This document shows positions 24,347-36,124 of a stretch of 64,000 nucleotides of DNA, piece by piece. Numbering within the stretch: position 1 is the first letter of the stretch; the number at the start of each line of letters is the position of its first letter. Both the position numbers and the translations under genes were made by a program. Source of the stretch: Phallusia mammillata (Eukaryota); contig OZ281499.1 in the NCBI GenBank assembly GCA_965637545.1, positions 2,170,001-2,234,000 on the forward strand. Reading direction: 5' to 3'. The notes under the pieces were generated by a model. The model made no database searches and was not told the DNA's origin. It saw only the letters and a program-made list of their open reading frames with translations.

Positions 24347-25449
24347 TGCAATAATCTTCAAAATAGGTGCTAGTGCATATGAACAAATCCGGAAGATGTA
24401 TGTAAGGACTTTTCTTGTCGCTGTCGGTTGTGTGATTTTTCATTCAATTGTAAAGCGACATCTCAAATTGGTATAATGCCGCAAGCACGACCTGGGCAAT
24501 ATTCCCACTCTATTTTGTGAAAATCTATAATGTATAAATAAGACTAGATACCAATTGTAAAAGCACTTTGATCAAAACTTTACATACAGTAAACACGATT
24601 TATTGTTGTTTCTGGAGTATTTGTTTGCAATTTTTTGTTCATTCTACTTTTAATGACAGGGAACTTTGAGCAAAAATGTACCTCGCTTTTGTTGAGGTAA
24701 AGGAACCGTTACCTTTTGCATATGATGTTTTTCTGGGCTATCAATATGTGCATTTAATCGATACGCCAACGCAATGTGTGCCTCAATGACTTAAATTTAA
24801 CCTTGAAACTGAAAAAAACTTAAACAGAACAACCAGGTCGCAAACTTTGTGAACCGTTGTGAATACGACTAAAGTTTAAAATCGGATGAGACCAGGATCG
24901 GATTTCTCATACATTAAAAACTATAAGCAGTATAGACCTTAGTAACTTCAGGTACCGATTCGTTAACGATTTGCCACAACACGTAGACATTACTGCGTCC
25001 TTGCCTCAGACAAACAATACGAAGAAGACGTCACGAAAAATCGATGTTTCGGACTTTAGGTTTCGATTTTCGTTGTCGCTGTGAAGCAGTGACGTCAAAT
25101 TAACGCTTAAAGCTTTCCGAAAATTTTCCGTTGTTTTTTGGCACTAAGTTATGACGTAATGTGCAACAACATTTATTTCCAAGAATCGAAGTAGGTTTAC
25201 CCTTGACACTGATGACGAAATGTCACTTAATACGTTCAGCATCAGGACATCACGAAATCTTGAACCTAATGACCCTTTACCACGAAAGCCAGTATTTTTG
25301 CGACTTTGTTGACAAACACATGTGATGTGTTCGGCTGTTGTTGTATACATGGCACAATTTGTTGACTTAGAATTGTGTTGGTGTCAGTTTTCTTCTTGAT
25401 ATAACCCTGTTTGGTGATTTTGGTGCTGTAAAAACGTTGGCTGGTGTTA

Positions 25450-25690
25450 CTTTGCCCTGATGAAGACGCCCCCAATGAGACGTCGAAACATTGGGTGACC
25501 TGTTTATAATTGCCGGTCGAGCAAGAAGAGTATTGCCTCAGTAATAAAATGTCTACGTCTTATTCACTGGCAATTTTGTTTTTGTAATGTCAGTTTATTG
25601 TCAACTATATAGAGCCCTTCTGGCAATTGTAATTTTGTACCGACGTTACGACGCCCTATACAGATCGCCTTCATTACGGTAAATTTATTT
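25450..25690. mobile_element. Two decayed hammerhead-bearing pLTR fragments, tail to tail
   Basis: + CTGATGAAGACG...CGTCGAAACATT at 25457-25492; - GTAATGAAGGCG...CGTCGTAACGTCGG at about 25640-25678, with a tail matching 22214-22255. Confidence 0.6.
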
Positions 25691-25899
25691 ATTGTAATAG
25701 GTGCGTTTCCTATGCATTGAAAATACCACTACAAGCATACGTTGTTGTATGGTCCAGTAGCTTAACAAGCCAGCCACAAACGGAACAAACTTTCAGAATT
25801 CGCTTCACCACGAAAACCGCCAAGGGTTTCTTATCAGGCCCACAATCAGCCGAACAGCGCAGCCGTAACTTCCACAGCAGCGTCAAAACGCTAAAAAAC

Positions 25900-27300
25900 A
25901 CCCACAAACTTACTGGCCCGGCTTGCACGACTTCTTTTCTCCGCAGACGCAGAGCGCTTATCGGAAATTCCGCTGTCAACTAATAGATTTCCCGCGTCCC
26001 ATTAATCCTTGTTAGTGTATTTCTGGCGCGCTGCAGCATGAGACGAAACACTTCATTTATCAAACGCGAAAACGAATGTTATTTCGATGCGTGATCAGTT
26101 ATTGTGACCGCACAAACGGATTACTGTAATCGCTATCTCAAGGTCGCCAGCCATCATGGCGGTCTGATAAAAGTCGGCTTGAAAATATCGTTTTTCGCGT
26201 CTCGTAGATTTATCTTTTTCGTTGCCAACGTGATAAGGTTTCAACGCAGCGTATATCTTTGACGCTGTTTTGCATATTTAGATAAATATTTATTTTATGA
26301 TTTTTATTTTGACATAATGCGTGATAACGGTGCAAAAGTTGCACATGGGCCAGTGCTTCTCAACCGGCAGGGAATTACTCATAAGGGAGGAATTTTAAAA
26401 CTTAAGGGGTGGAATTTACTTTTATTTGTGCATGTGGTTTGTAAATAGACACTTTAGCTCTGGGAATATAACTTGTGAAGTTGATAAAAGACTCAATTTT
26501 AAACCCAATTCATCTACTATGTAGAATGAAAATGTTTTGATTTGTTCAGTGAGGGATTCGCCGAAAAAGGTTGAGAACCACTGGTTTAAACATTTGCGCA
26601 AAACAACGTGAATACATACTTGGTTTTATCAATGCATTTGTTAAAGCACACTGCACTGCACCCAACATTTGTAAAATTGCACAATTCGGTTGAAAAATGT
26701 GTAAAGCGTGTAACGGAAACTTGCGTTTACTGGAAATAAAAACGTAAAAATCAAATTTTTAGATTAAGCACCAACATATTTCAGGGGGCAAAGTCCTCTT
26801 AACTACACTGTCCAACAGTTTACATGCTGTCCCATTAGCCTTCAAAACCGCTGTACATATAATGAGTACTGTAGGTCAATTTACAGACAGAGCGCAATTA
26901 TTCCTCAATTTCCTATTTACACGTGGCAACACCCTATTCGTGGAACATCGTAAGAAAAGAATCCAACAATTTTGTACAAGGACACAAATAATAAACGTAA
27001 GAAACCGGAACAATTTGGCCGCGCATTCAGCTATAGTTTCATGACACGCGTAATTCACTCCTCCGTTGGACCCGAACCCCTTCCCCACCATGTGTGACGT
27101 CACAAGTAGCATTTGTGAGGCAACAATCAAGTGCCAAAACACGCGACGCGTCGCTTGTAGCTCGTCCCGGCGGAAGTAATCGTCCGACCGAAATAAATTG
27201 TCGCGGCTTTGCGTGTACGCGCTTTTTTGGGCATCCCGTTTCCTGTGCGTAATGCACGGAATTGCTGTGGCGTCCATTTCCAATCCAACTTGCCCCCAAC
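25900..27300. promoter_or_regulatory. Candidate CpG-rich promoter region
   Basis: Local CpG enrichment; perfect minus-strand donor CCA|GTAAGT at 25912 closing an ATG-less exon; TGACGTCA (27095) and CGGAAGT (27171) motifs. Confidence 0.3.
26351..26583. mobile_element. hAT-type MITE
   Basis: TIR CAGTGCTTCTCAACC...GGTTGAGAACCACTG. Confidence 0.8.
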
Positions 27301-27499
27301 ATTTATTTGTCTCAGTGTTTCGAAAATATTTGCACGAACAAGTTTATATGTCATTCATTGCTCTGAAGTTCGTTGAAAAACAACTAGTAATTTGTTAAAT
27401 ATGCAACCTGGTGGACGAAATGCTTGTTCAGTATTTTCTAGCACAAGTTGAAGTCGATTATGATAGCGTAAAAATTTTGAGGCAAGAATTGAGAATATT

Positions 27500-28750
27500 T
27501 GCTTTTGTTAATTTGTCGTGCCAAGTACTATACCCAAAGTGCAAATCTTAAAGATCTTTAAAAGAGTCGAATAAACCAAGTAGTGGCTAGCGAAATCTGC
27601 ATGTTGACCTGATCGGTAATTTCAGTTTGCTGCAAGAATGCGTAGCCAGCCGAATCGGGGTTTTGCATTCCAAGCAAATTGAAACTTGATTGCAAACTTT
27701 TGAGAATCAAATAAAGCCAGACTGCGCTTGTTGTATGACATGTCATCATACGAAATACTAATGAGACGGAAATAACATTGCTAGAAAAATTGGTATTCAA
27801 ATGTGGTTTTTGGTTTAGTATTAGGGTTACTATGGATGTGCAAAAGTTCACCAGTGTGGTTAAAATTCCATTCTTGTTTCCACATAGTTATAATGAGTTT
27901 GCGTTGTTTTTTTACCAGTTTGTAAAGTGTTAGCACTTTATTTGACATCAACATCAAGCTCATTTGATAATTAGTTCATCGAATGGTCACCACAATTCAT
28001 TATGAGCGGTATCCTTTTTTTTATTATGTCTGTGGTGCTTTGTTTTTCGCGGAAATCCCACAGATATTGGCTGCTGTGAAGTTCAAATACCTCCTATGAT
28101 GGCATTGTGTGACCTCTGTGTCTGTTGGAAGCACTTAAAAGCCACTTTAGCAAAGATCTTTGGGTATTTAAAAGCGAAAATTATCAAGCTCGTTAACATT
28201 CTCGGAAGTAAGCTGGTTAAATCGGCGATAAACCTGTAGAGCCCAGTCCATAAGTCCTTTGTATACCGGCATAACACGGTAATGCTCATTAATATCAAGA
28301 AAACGCAAACACCTTTGACTTTTTGTGACCCGTGTGTGGACTATACGTTTGAAAACAACCGATTCATTTGGGTTTTTTTGTTACTAGGCTGATTGAAGTC
28401 GTTCTGTGTGGTTTGTCACAAGCGTCAGACTGGACCAGGGGAAAAAATAGTGCTTTTCGAACAATATGGTCATGATCATATTTAAACGGGTCCAACAGTT
28501 GTATTAAAAGTTCAAAATAAGCTTTTTGCTAACGTTTCGCTCACAAGCGAATGGTCATCATCAAAGCAACCAAGTCGCAATTGAAACAATTTGACATTCA
28601 CCACCCGCTGCGTGCAATATTCAGTAATATCTAATATGCGCTTTAGATGTTTTCCTTTCAAACGCATTCGTGTAAATACAGGACAAAACACGTTTTGTAC
28701 CAATATTCGCATTATATTTCTATGTAAAACCAAACGCCAAGACATAATTA
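27500..28750 (-). pseudogene. Possible decayed coding sequence (transposase-like relic, family unassigned)
   Basis: Several long semi-open frames with sparse stops on the minus strand (e.g. ...YKGLMDWALQVYRRF...CHHRRYLNFTA..., ...HTGELLHIHSNPN...ISYDD...) and no splice structure. Confidence 0.3.
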
Positions 28751-29804
28751 ATTTTGGAAAACTATATTTTTAAACTTTTCAAAACATCACAGTACGCCAA
28801 GCCGATTGGAGGCGTTATACCGAATCAGCCGGTCACCAAGCATTCACCAACATATGGCAAGGCGTAGGCTAGAAAAATCTAAGAGAATTTGCAGAACTTG
28901 ATGACAAAATGCGTTTACAAGTCAAAGCTTGAAAATGACAAGCACGCATTTTTCGAAAAGAGGCGATGAAATTGTTGTGATTTATGAACACGAACCTATT
29001 TGAAAGGTTTTAGTTTAGAACACCGCCATTAACGTAACGTAGCATTACTTGGTGGTTGATATAATGCCCAGCAAAGCCGGAGATGTTTTGATGTGGTTCA
29101 TTGACACAAATAAAGTATGTGGTTATTGACAGACATGCGCATGCTTTTTGGCAGGTTTCAAATGCCAAAACGTATACCACCCTTTTATGGCGTCAAAACT
29201 GTCTCAACGCAGTTGAAATATGTCTCAAATTTGACTTATTTATTCAAACGTAAATGGAAAAAATAATCAGTTCCTTTAATTTTCTACGCACATGCAATTT
29301 ATCAAACCGAGTCATATAAGTCCTAAGGGAGACAGAAATAGAGAATTATCTCTCAAACGTACATAATGTACTTTTATCTCGAAGACGAATCGTCAGAGAA
29401 TAATGGATGCATTGTTGCCAAATGCATCTCGTCAAACTCGCAACAGTTCGAGTTCACAATGCATTGTCGTTAATATGCAACCGAACGCTCTTTTACTTCG
29501 GGTCTAATGCTTTATTCGCTATTATCCTCTCAATTCACGAGAGATAGTAAATCTGTATGTTGTTGCAACAAAGTCGTTGTAGATGATGCGAGTTGTAAGA
29601 TGGATTGGTAGTTGAAGTATTTTGTTTTTATTGTGCCCAGTGTCATTTGACCATTTTTTGCATTCAATCATGCACATAGTTATGTAAAGTACGGAACATA
29701 TCTTTTGTTATGCCAAACAACTATTATTTGATCGACAGCTAGTCTGTACAAATAGTGTTATATTTCATAAATTGTCGTTTTGCTTAACCGACATTTATAA
29801 ACAA

Positions 29805-29855
29805 ATCATCCGACGTTTCGACGTCTCATTCGGGGCGTATTCATCAGGGCATTGG
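29805..29855 (-). ncRNA. Minimal hammerhead motif (helix II closing G mutated)
   Basis: CTGATGAATACGCCCCGAATGAGACGTCGAAACGTCGG on minus strand; same family as 25457. Confidence 0.55.
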
Positions 29856-29882
29856 CAAACTACTCAACACAATCGTTCTTAT

Positions 29883-30878
29883 TAGTGATGCACCGAAGTT
29901 TCGGTTGGCCGAAACATTTCGGCCGAATACGCTGTTTTTCGATGTTTCGGTTTCGGCCCGAACTTTTTTTGAAAATTCGGCCGAAACCGAACTTTTTGAT
30001 TGCATGGAATTAATGCCTAAACCAGGGGCGGGCAACTTCTCCAGTCGGCGGGCCTGATATGGGAAAATGAAGTACTTGGCGGGCCGGATTCGTGAATCGA
30101 TACATAAATCGCGTATTTATCCAGTGATTTAAAACGGATTTTTGACCACCTAAACTAAATACAATCAAGAACGTCGCAATTACAATACAGTCCAAACAAT
30201 CTAACTGATATAACATAAAATTATTCATCACAGCAAATTTAATGCATACACCACAGACTTAGGTACTGCTGAAACACTAACCACACTACACGTGGGGAAA
30301 CAAAGGAAACCGTGAAAGCAGGCCACACGCAAGGTTGGCAGTTATGTCGTAACAATGGATGTATGGTGCAATGGTAACAACGGCGGGAAAGTTTTTTTAT
30401 TATTGGGGAGCGTTACTGTTTGTTACAACTATAATTTGACGTAGTAAGCAAGTAGTGGGGGATTCGGCAGACTGTGGCCGCGGGCCACGTTATATCATGT
30501 AAGACCAGAAACTGTCTGCGGGCCGCTCACAATCCCGTCGCGGGCCGGATCCGGCCCGCGGGCCGTATGTTGCCCGCCCCTGGCCTAAACTATCATTTTC
30601 GCCTGTTCGAAACGTAATAAATTACCTAATTGTTGTGTTTATAAAATACAAAACATTGTCTACAAAATATTCCAAGTTTAGTAAAACTTCCGCATTGTGA
30701 AAGGGATTTTGATTTATTATAATTCACTTCACTCGCATCAACGACACAAGGTTCAGTTGAAAACATCCATAGGAATGGGGATTTTAGGTTCGGCCTGATT
30801 CGGCCGAAATTATTCGGCCTCGTGGCCGAATATTCGGTTTCGGCCCGAACCTTTTTAGGCGGGTTCGGTGCATCACTA
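29883..30878. mobile_element. hAT MITE (TTCGGCCGAA family), host of a nested insertion
   Basis: Perfect TIR TAGTGATGCACCGAA; exact TSD GTTCTTAT. Confidence 0.92.
30023..30582. mobile_element. Nested hAT MITE (GGGCCG family)
   Basis: Perfect TIR CAGGGGCGGGCAAC; exact TSD GCCTAAAC. Confidence 0.92.
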
Positions 30879-30914
30879 GTTCTTATAACACCATACAGAC
30901 TAAAAACAGGAGGA

Positions 30915-31259
30915 AACTGGCAAAAAAAAACAGTGATAAAGATGTATTTCAGATGTGAACGCGACCATATCGGCATGAGAACGATAACGTCTTTAACTAA
31001 GTTAGATATAGTGTAATTATTCTGTACATTTGGAAACCCTTCAATACGAGGTCTGATGTACATTCTGGCAATACCAGTGTGGCTACAAACTGGTACAAAC
31101 CAGTCATAAAAACTGTACTTCAGACGTGTAAAAGCGACCTATAGCAAACCGGCAATAGAACATTCATCGTTTAGCTCCTTCAACTAAATTTATTTTTAAT
31201 TTATCTTTACATTTGGGAAATCTAAATATGTGGTCTGGTGTACATTCTGGCAATACCAG
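30915..31259. repeat. Diverged ~170-bp tandem duplication
   Basis: Both units run AAACTGG...T(A/C)TTCAGA.GTG...TACATTTGG.AA...TGTACATTCTGGCAATACCAG. Confidence 0.7.
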
Positions 31260-32701
31260 ATTTGCAACATTTCTTGTGCGTCAGTTCACTTCAAAAGCTT
31301 CCTGTGTTTACCAGTGGATAATTTGTTGTTTAACATGTTTTCCAAACAAGTTCAACATGACCGTAACATCGCCACATTAACGCCTGAAATCGGCAACATT
31401 TCCTGTGAAGTTTTGCGCAGTTTGAAGCCAAGCGTTTTGCAACAATTCGAAACTACTCGACTTTGAACGCGACGAATGTTGTTGTTAAAACATTGTTTAA
31501 AGCGCTCTTGCATACCCCATGTCCTGCCACTTATCCTCGTCGGGTCAAAAATTCGCCGAATTCTTTCGCTGTGGTCTCGGTTGCCCCCCGGCATGTTTGA
31601 ACCCTAATTGAAATTCACAATCGATTTCTGGTTGCGTCGTTACATGACGTTATAATGCATTCTATGACGAAATAGGTTGCCAAGCATTTTTCTTTATTTG
31701 TTTTTTTACCCTTTGCAGATTTCAATGGAAAATTTTGCACCGTAAGTCACTCAGAATCGCAAGGGTTAGATGAACTAGATAATTTGTTTTTAGGTAATCC
31801 GGTTAAGCTTTTACACAGTGTGCAGTGGTTAGATGTGCTATGCGATTTAACATGCTGGACATACTTATATCTTTATGTCATTTCACGTAAGGGTGTGTCG
31901 AATTTTAATATGTCAAATCTTATTCAACAACACGCCGTTCCAACCGACTACGCTTTACGTCAAATCTTATGACTGAAACAACGCAAAGTCCTAAAACGTA
32001 GCAGCGCGTAAAGCTACCTTAGGTCCCTACACTGCAATTAACTTACACAAGTCACGGTGTAACCCAACATATCTAAGCTCCCACGCATACCTGCTGATTT
32101 CAGGTGCCAAGTTTCAGTCTTTTGGGACAGGAATAGACACAAACGGACGTTGGAGGCGTTAATCCTTTAAACAGCTTGGCATGTTTGCGTGTTTTTTATG
32201 ACATTACCCTTTGAGAAATTGACGTTCTGATTGCCCTTACGTGGAAACTGATATAAACGTGCGTTGAATCTTTAAAGCCGTAAGTATATAGTAAATAGTT
32301 TCGCCGTTACGCAAAACAGCGTCGTAACTTACCACGTTTGTTATTTGCTAAACGCATAACACGTTTCGTGTTCACGCTATGTAAACGATCAAAGCTGTTT
32401 CGATTCGACAGCTGCTTTTATTGATGTTTGCCACATTGTTGAACAATTCTTCACCAGTATGTCAAAACAATGAGATTGTTTAAGATTTACACGAAACCAA
32501 ACAGACACGTGCTTTTCGACAATAAGTCTTTAATACCACAACATTAAAAACGAACTGTGCTGTCGTCCAGTGTAAGCTATTTAATCATTTTGGCCTGTAG
32601 TGCATAAAGTCGCTTTTATAACAAATTTTAGGTATTTGAAAAAACATGACGGCAAATACTTGTTACAAATACAAAAGAAGGTGGAATATAAATGTCTAAA
32701 C

Positions 32702-32880
32702 CAGTGGTTCTCAACCTTTTTGCCTTTGCGGACCCCTTTTGGTACTGTCAAGCTAATCGCGTGCCCCTTTGAAGGTTTTGGTATTTTTTGTCCTTTTTTA
32801 TTATCAAGCAACCCAAAAAAGAAAAAAAGACTCTAAGTGGTGTATAAAATTAATGTTTTTTGGAAGATTGAACCTGCACT
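32702..32880. mobile_element. Partial hAT-type MITE (left TIR only clear)
   Basis: GTCTAAAC|CAGTGGTTCTCAACC; right end degenerate. Confidence 0.5.
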
Positions 32881-33248
32881 ATTTATGTCTTTCAATAAGA
32901 TTATGAAAATATCCGTATTGGATTTCAATTCGTGTTATTGGCAACATCTATAAAGTTTTGACCCCCAAAATATGTGATCTCTGTCAACCCATAGCTGCTG
33001 TAGCCTAAGTACTTTTGGAGTGAATTACTCACGTTTCGTTTATTTATTTGCGGAGAACAAGGAATTCGTTCCAACGCTCAGGTCAAAATAATGTTATAGG
33101 ATAGCAAACGAATCAGTTTTACTTGAAAGAGCGAAAAGAACTAAGTGGCATTATGCGCAAACAATTGATGTAATTTTGCTAAAAAGTAAAATTAAAGCTG
33201 CAATACTTTGTTATTTATAAACCAAATAATGCTTCAGGCAAATTTATT

Positions 33249-33310
33249 GTTTTACCGACGTTTCAATGTTTTATTTAGTTCGCCTTAATCGTTCATCGGG
33301 GTAATAACAA
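33249..33310 (-). ncRNA. Variant hammerhead motif (CCGATGA core)
   Basis: TTACC-CCGATGAA...GAAACGTC-GGTAA with a good helix I and a poor helix II. Confidence 0.4.
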
Positions 33311-35882
33311 TCAATTGCCAAGTAAAGCCCGAAATTAAACAAACGAAAAAGGGGCGGACAAGGCAGACAGTAACACGACAAGCGCAAAGATAATAATAAC
33401 GCAAAGACTTATAATGAAATGTCTTTAAGCCTGTAGCACTATCATAATTGTTTTCTACATTTAATTTTTTATTTTAATATAATCATCGCTATAAGGCTTT
33501 AAAATTTCTTCCTATTGTCTCACCCCTTTTTTCGAGTGTCATTTCCTCATGATGTAAATACATCATAGGTTTTGAAAATGCATTTCATCCGACATTTATT
33601 CGCTCCACCTTTTCTAGCGAACAACCCACAAACGTTTTGCGATGCGGGATATAGGCGTTTTTTCACTTTAATATTAAAACGTCACTCAACCACTTCATTT
33701 ATCTTCCCCAGCCCACAAGGATTGAGTACCGCAATCCATCGACATCTTATGATGTTATCCATCGACATCTTATGATTTTTTAAGGCAACCACGTATAACT
33801 TGACAAATACCTGAAGGTTAATTTTCCGGAAAATAGCACGTGCTTCCCGAGAATAAGTCTGATATACTATCAACGAGTGTGTTTGCCAGTCTTAAGTGAG
33901 TTTTAGTGTTTCATAACGCTTGAAACGGGATCCACAACAAACCTCAAGCAGAATAGTTCAAAACAATGCGACAACTATAAGTTTTAAAAACATATTACAA
34001 ATTCTACACCCACAGCCTGCCTCTGAAGTTTAAAATTTGAGGTTAGCTTTAGTTTTGTCACCTGATTACGCCGTTGACGTAAAAATGAGCAAAAAAAGGA
34101 ATTACGTACATTTTAAAGCGGTTCGTCTACAAATTTGACATCGATACTTCAAACTGATTTCCGTGGTTCAAGCAATCATGTGGGTTTTTGTTAGATCCTA
34201 TAAATATTCAGTACATTAGCAAATGTCGTCAACTATGAACTGTACACGTTCATTTTAGTGTGACGATATGGGATTTGGCATTTAGCAAAATCCTCTTGTG
34301 TCCAACTACTCTATCGATAATGCTAAAATACCTCACGTACAGCGTTTTAAAGTGGTGTACGTTTATTTTGCACTCGTTTTGTAGATGACGTTTTCTCGGT
34401 ATCATGAACGCAAAAATGGATATACACATTATTGCTGGGCCATAGGTTAAATTTTGGGCGTGTTATTATATTTCATTTTCAGGTTTGTACACAAAAGTTC
34501 AAGCATATGTAGTTTTTACGTCACGAATTTCAAACGTTGTCTGATTGCAATGTATTTGTTATTTCCATTGTGTGCCATTTTCCCATATAAAGGAATACAG
34601 CAACCTTTTTAGCAGCCGTGTATTTGACCAATTGTTCCCTAACCTATGCTCTTTGTAACCTAAAGTATTGAAAACATTCAACAAACGTTTCGTCCAGCAA
34701 GTTGCATATTTGGTAAAGTTCCTGGAACGTTTACAAAATAACAAATTCTTCTTAAACTTATGTGTTACCTTATTCCAGTTCAGCGAGGACCTTACTAAAT
34801 ACGACTTTGCAATAAGTTATTTCGATTAGGAGATTGTTTAATTAGTTACAACAGGGGATACATCTTAAAGGCAGATTCTATGTGAATAAGGAAATAAAAA
34901 AAATGCATGTAAATTCATTGACTGATTCTGTTAACTTACCAACGGCCAGTTATTTATATTCTCATAAACAGTGATTGTCAATGACCATGCTGTCTGTTGG
35001 AGGGTCTGATGCTGTTCAGCATATTCACAATCACCTTGAAGGCTAATTGAACATACCTAAAGGAATTCTTCCATAAACTAGGATTTATTGCCTCGTATGT
35101 TGCACATTTACCGCAACTTTGCGGATTTCATACAATAAGCGGCTTAGAAAGTTTCGTACGATCGACCTATACAGCAAAAGTGGTTTATAAGTATCAAACA
35201 CCACACCTTTGGCGTGTGTACTGTAATAAACTTATCGCAGTGCGGTTTTCTTCATAACGATTGGTGCTTAGCACGGCCTGTGGCGTGGGGACCAAGATAG
35301 GAACCTCAACAAACGTCTTTTGTTTTTGCAGCACGTGGCAATGGGCTTGACTCGTGTAATTTGATAAACAGCGGTCCAGGTTTATACACCTTCGGTAGAT
35401 TTTAATAGATTTAAATAATGAAACTTGTATTGTGGTCGTTCCTGTTTCCGGCTTTTCTTGCTGCTCCAACACCACAGACCATTGCGAATAACAACAGTAA
35501 GGATATTTTTCACGTTTTTTTGCCACCTTTGTTCTGTAACACAGAGTTTCCAAACTAACTTATATTGATTGCTGGCTTTTGTACTTTGGGAGTTTATGTT
35601 TTTACGTTTTTTACAATACTGCTTTTTGTTGTGTTTTATATGGTGAAGATACCCACTACTAATTAATTGCAAATCATTTTAAACTACCCCATATACAACA
35701 TAACGCTGATATATTGTGGTACTGACATAAAAGTTTTATCGTGGCTTGATGACATTGGCAGCATTTGGACAATTTTTACCATAGCAGGTTAATCACATAT
35801 ATTCCAATGGAAGTGACATGATGAGCGCAATCAAGAGTTTCCTTTATGGCCCTCAGTAAAAGTAGTGGGATTTTATCTAAGA

Positions 35883-36124
35883 CAGTGGTTCTCAACTGGT
35901 GGTCCATGATGACTTTTTGGGTGGTCCACACAACGTTAATTATATTTAGTGATAAACTAGAATTAGTTGCATATAACTTATTGAATATTTAGCACGAAAC
36001 AAGCTTATCCAAGTTATTGGCCGTTTATTGTTAGCTGTCAGTTGTTGGACATTACTTCTTGAACTCCTGTATTAAAGGAATATATTTCAAGCCAATATGG
36101 TCTGAAACGAGTTGAAAACCACTG
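35883..36124. mobile_element. hAT (Charlie-type) MITE
   Basis: TIR CAGTGGTTCTCAAC...GTTGAAAACCACTG; flanks ATCTAAGA/GTCTAGCG resemble the NTCTAGAN target; a 3' fragment also lies at 23041-23082. Confidence 0.85.

Noticed and set aside
34940-35056. Minus-strand exon-like block VCSISLQGDCEY...NNWPL with GTAAGT donor
   Set aside because: No convincing partner exons or recognisable product; may be non-coding
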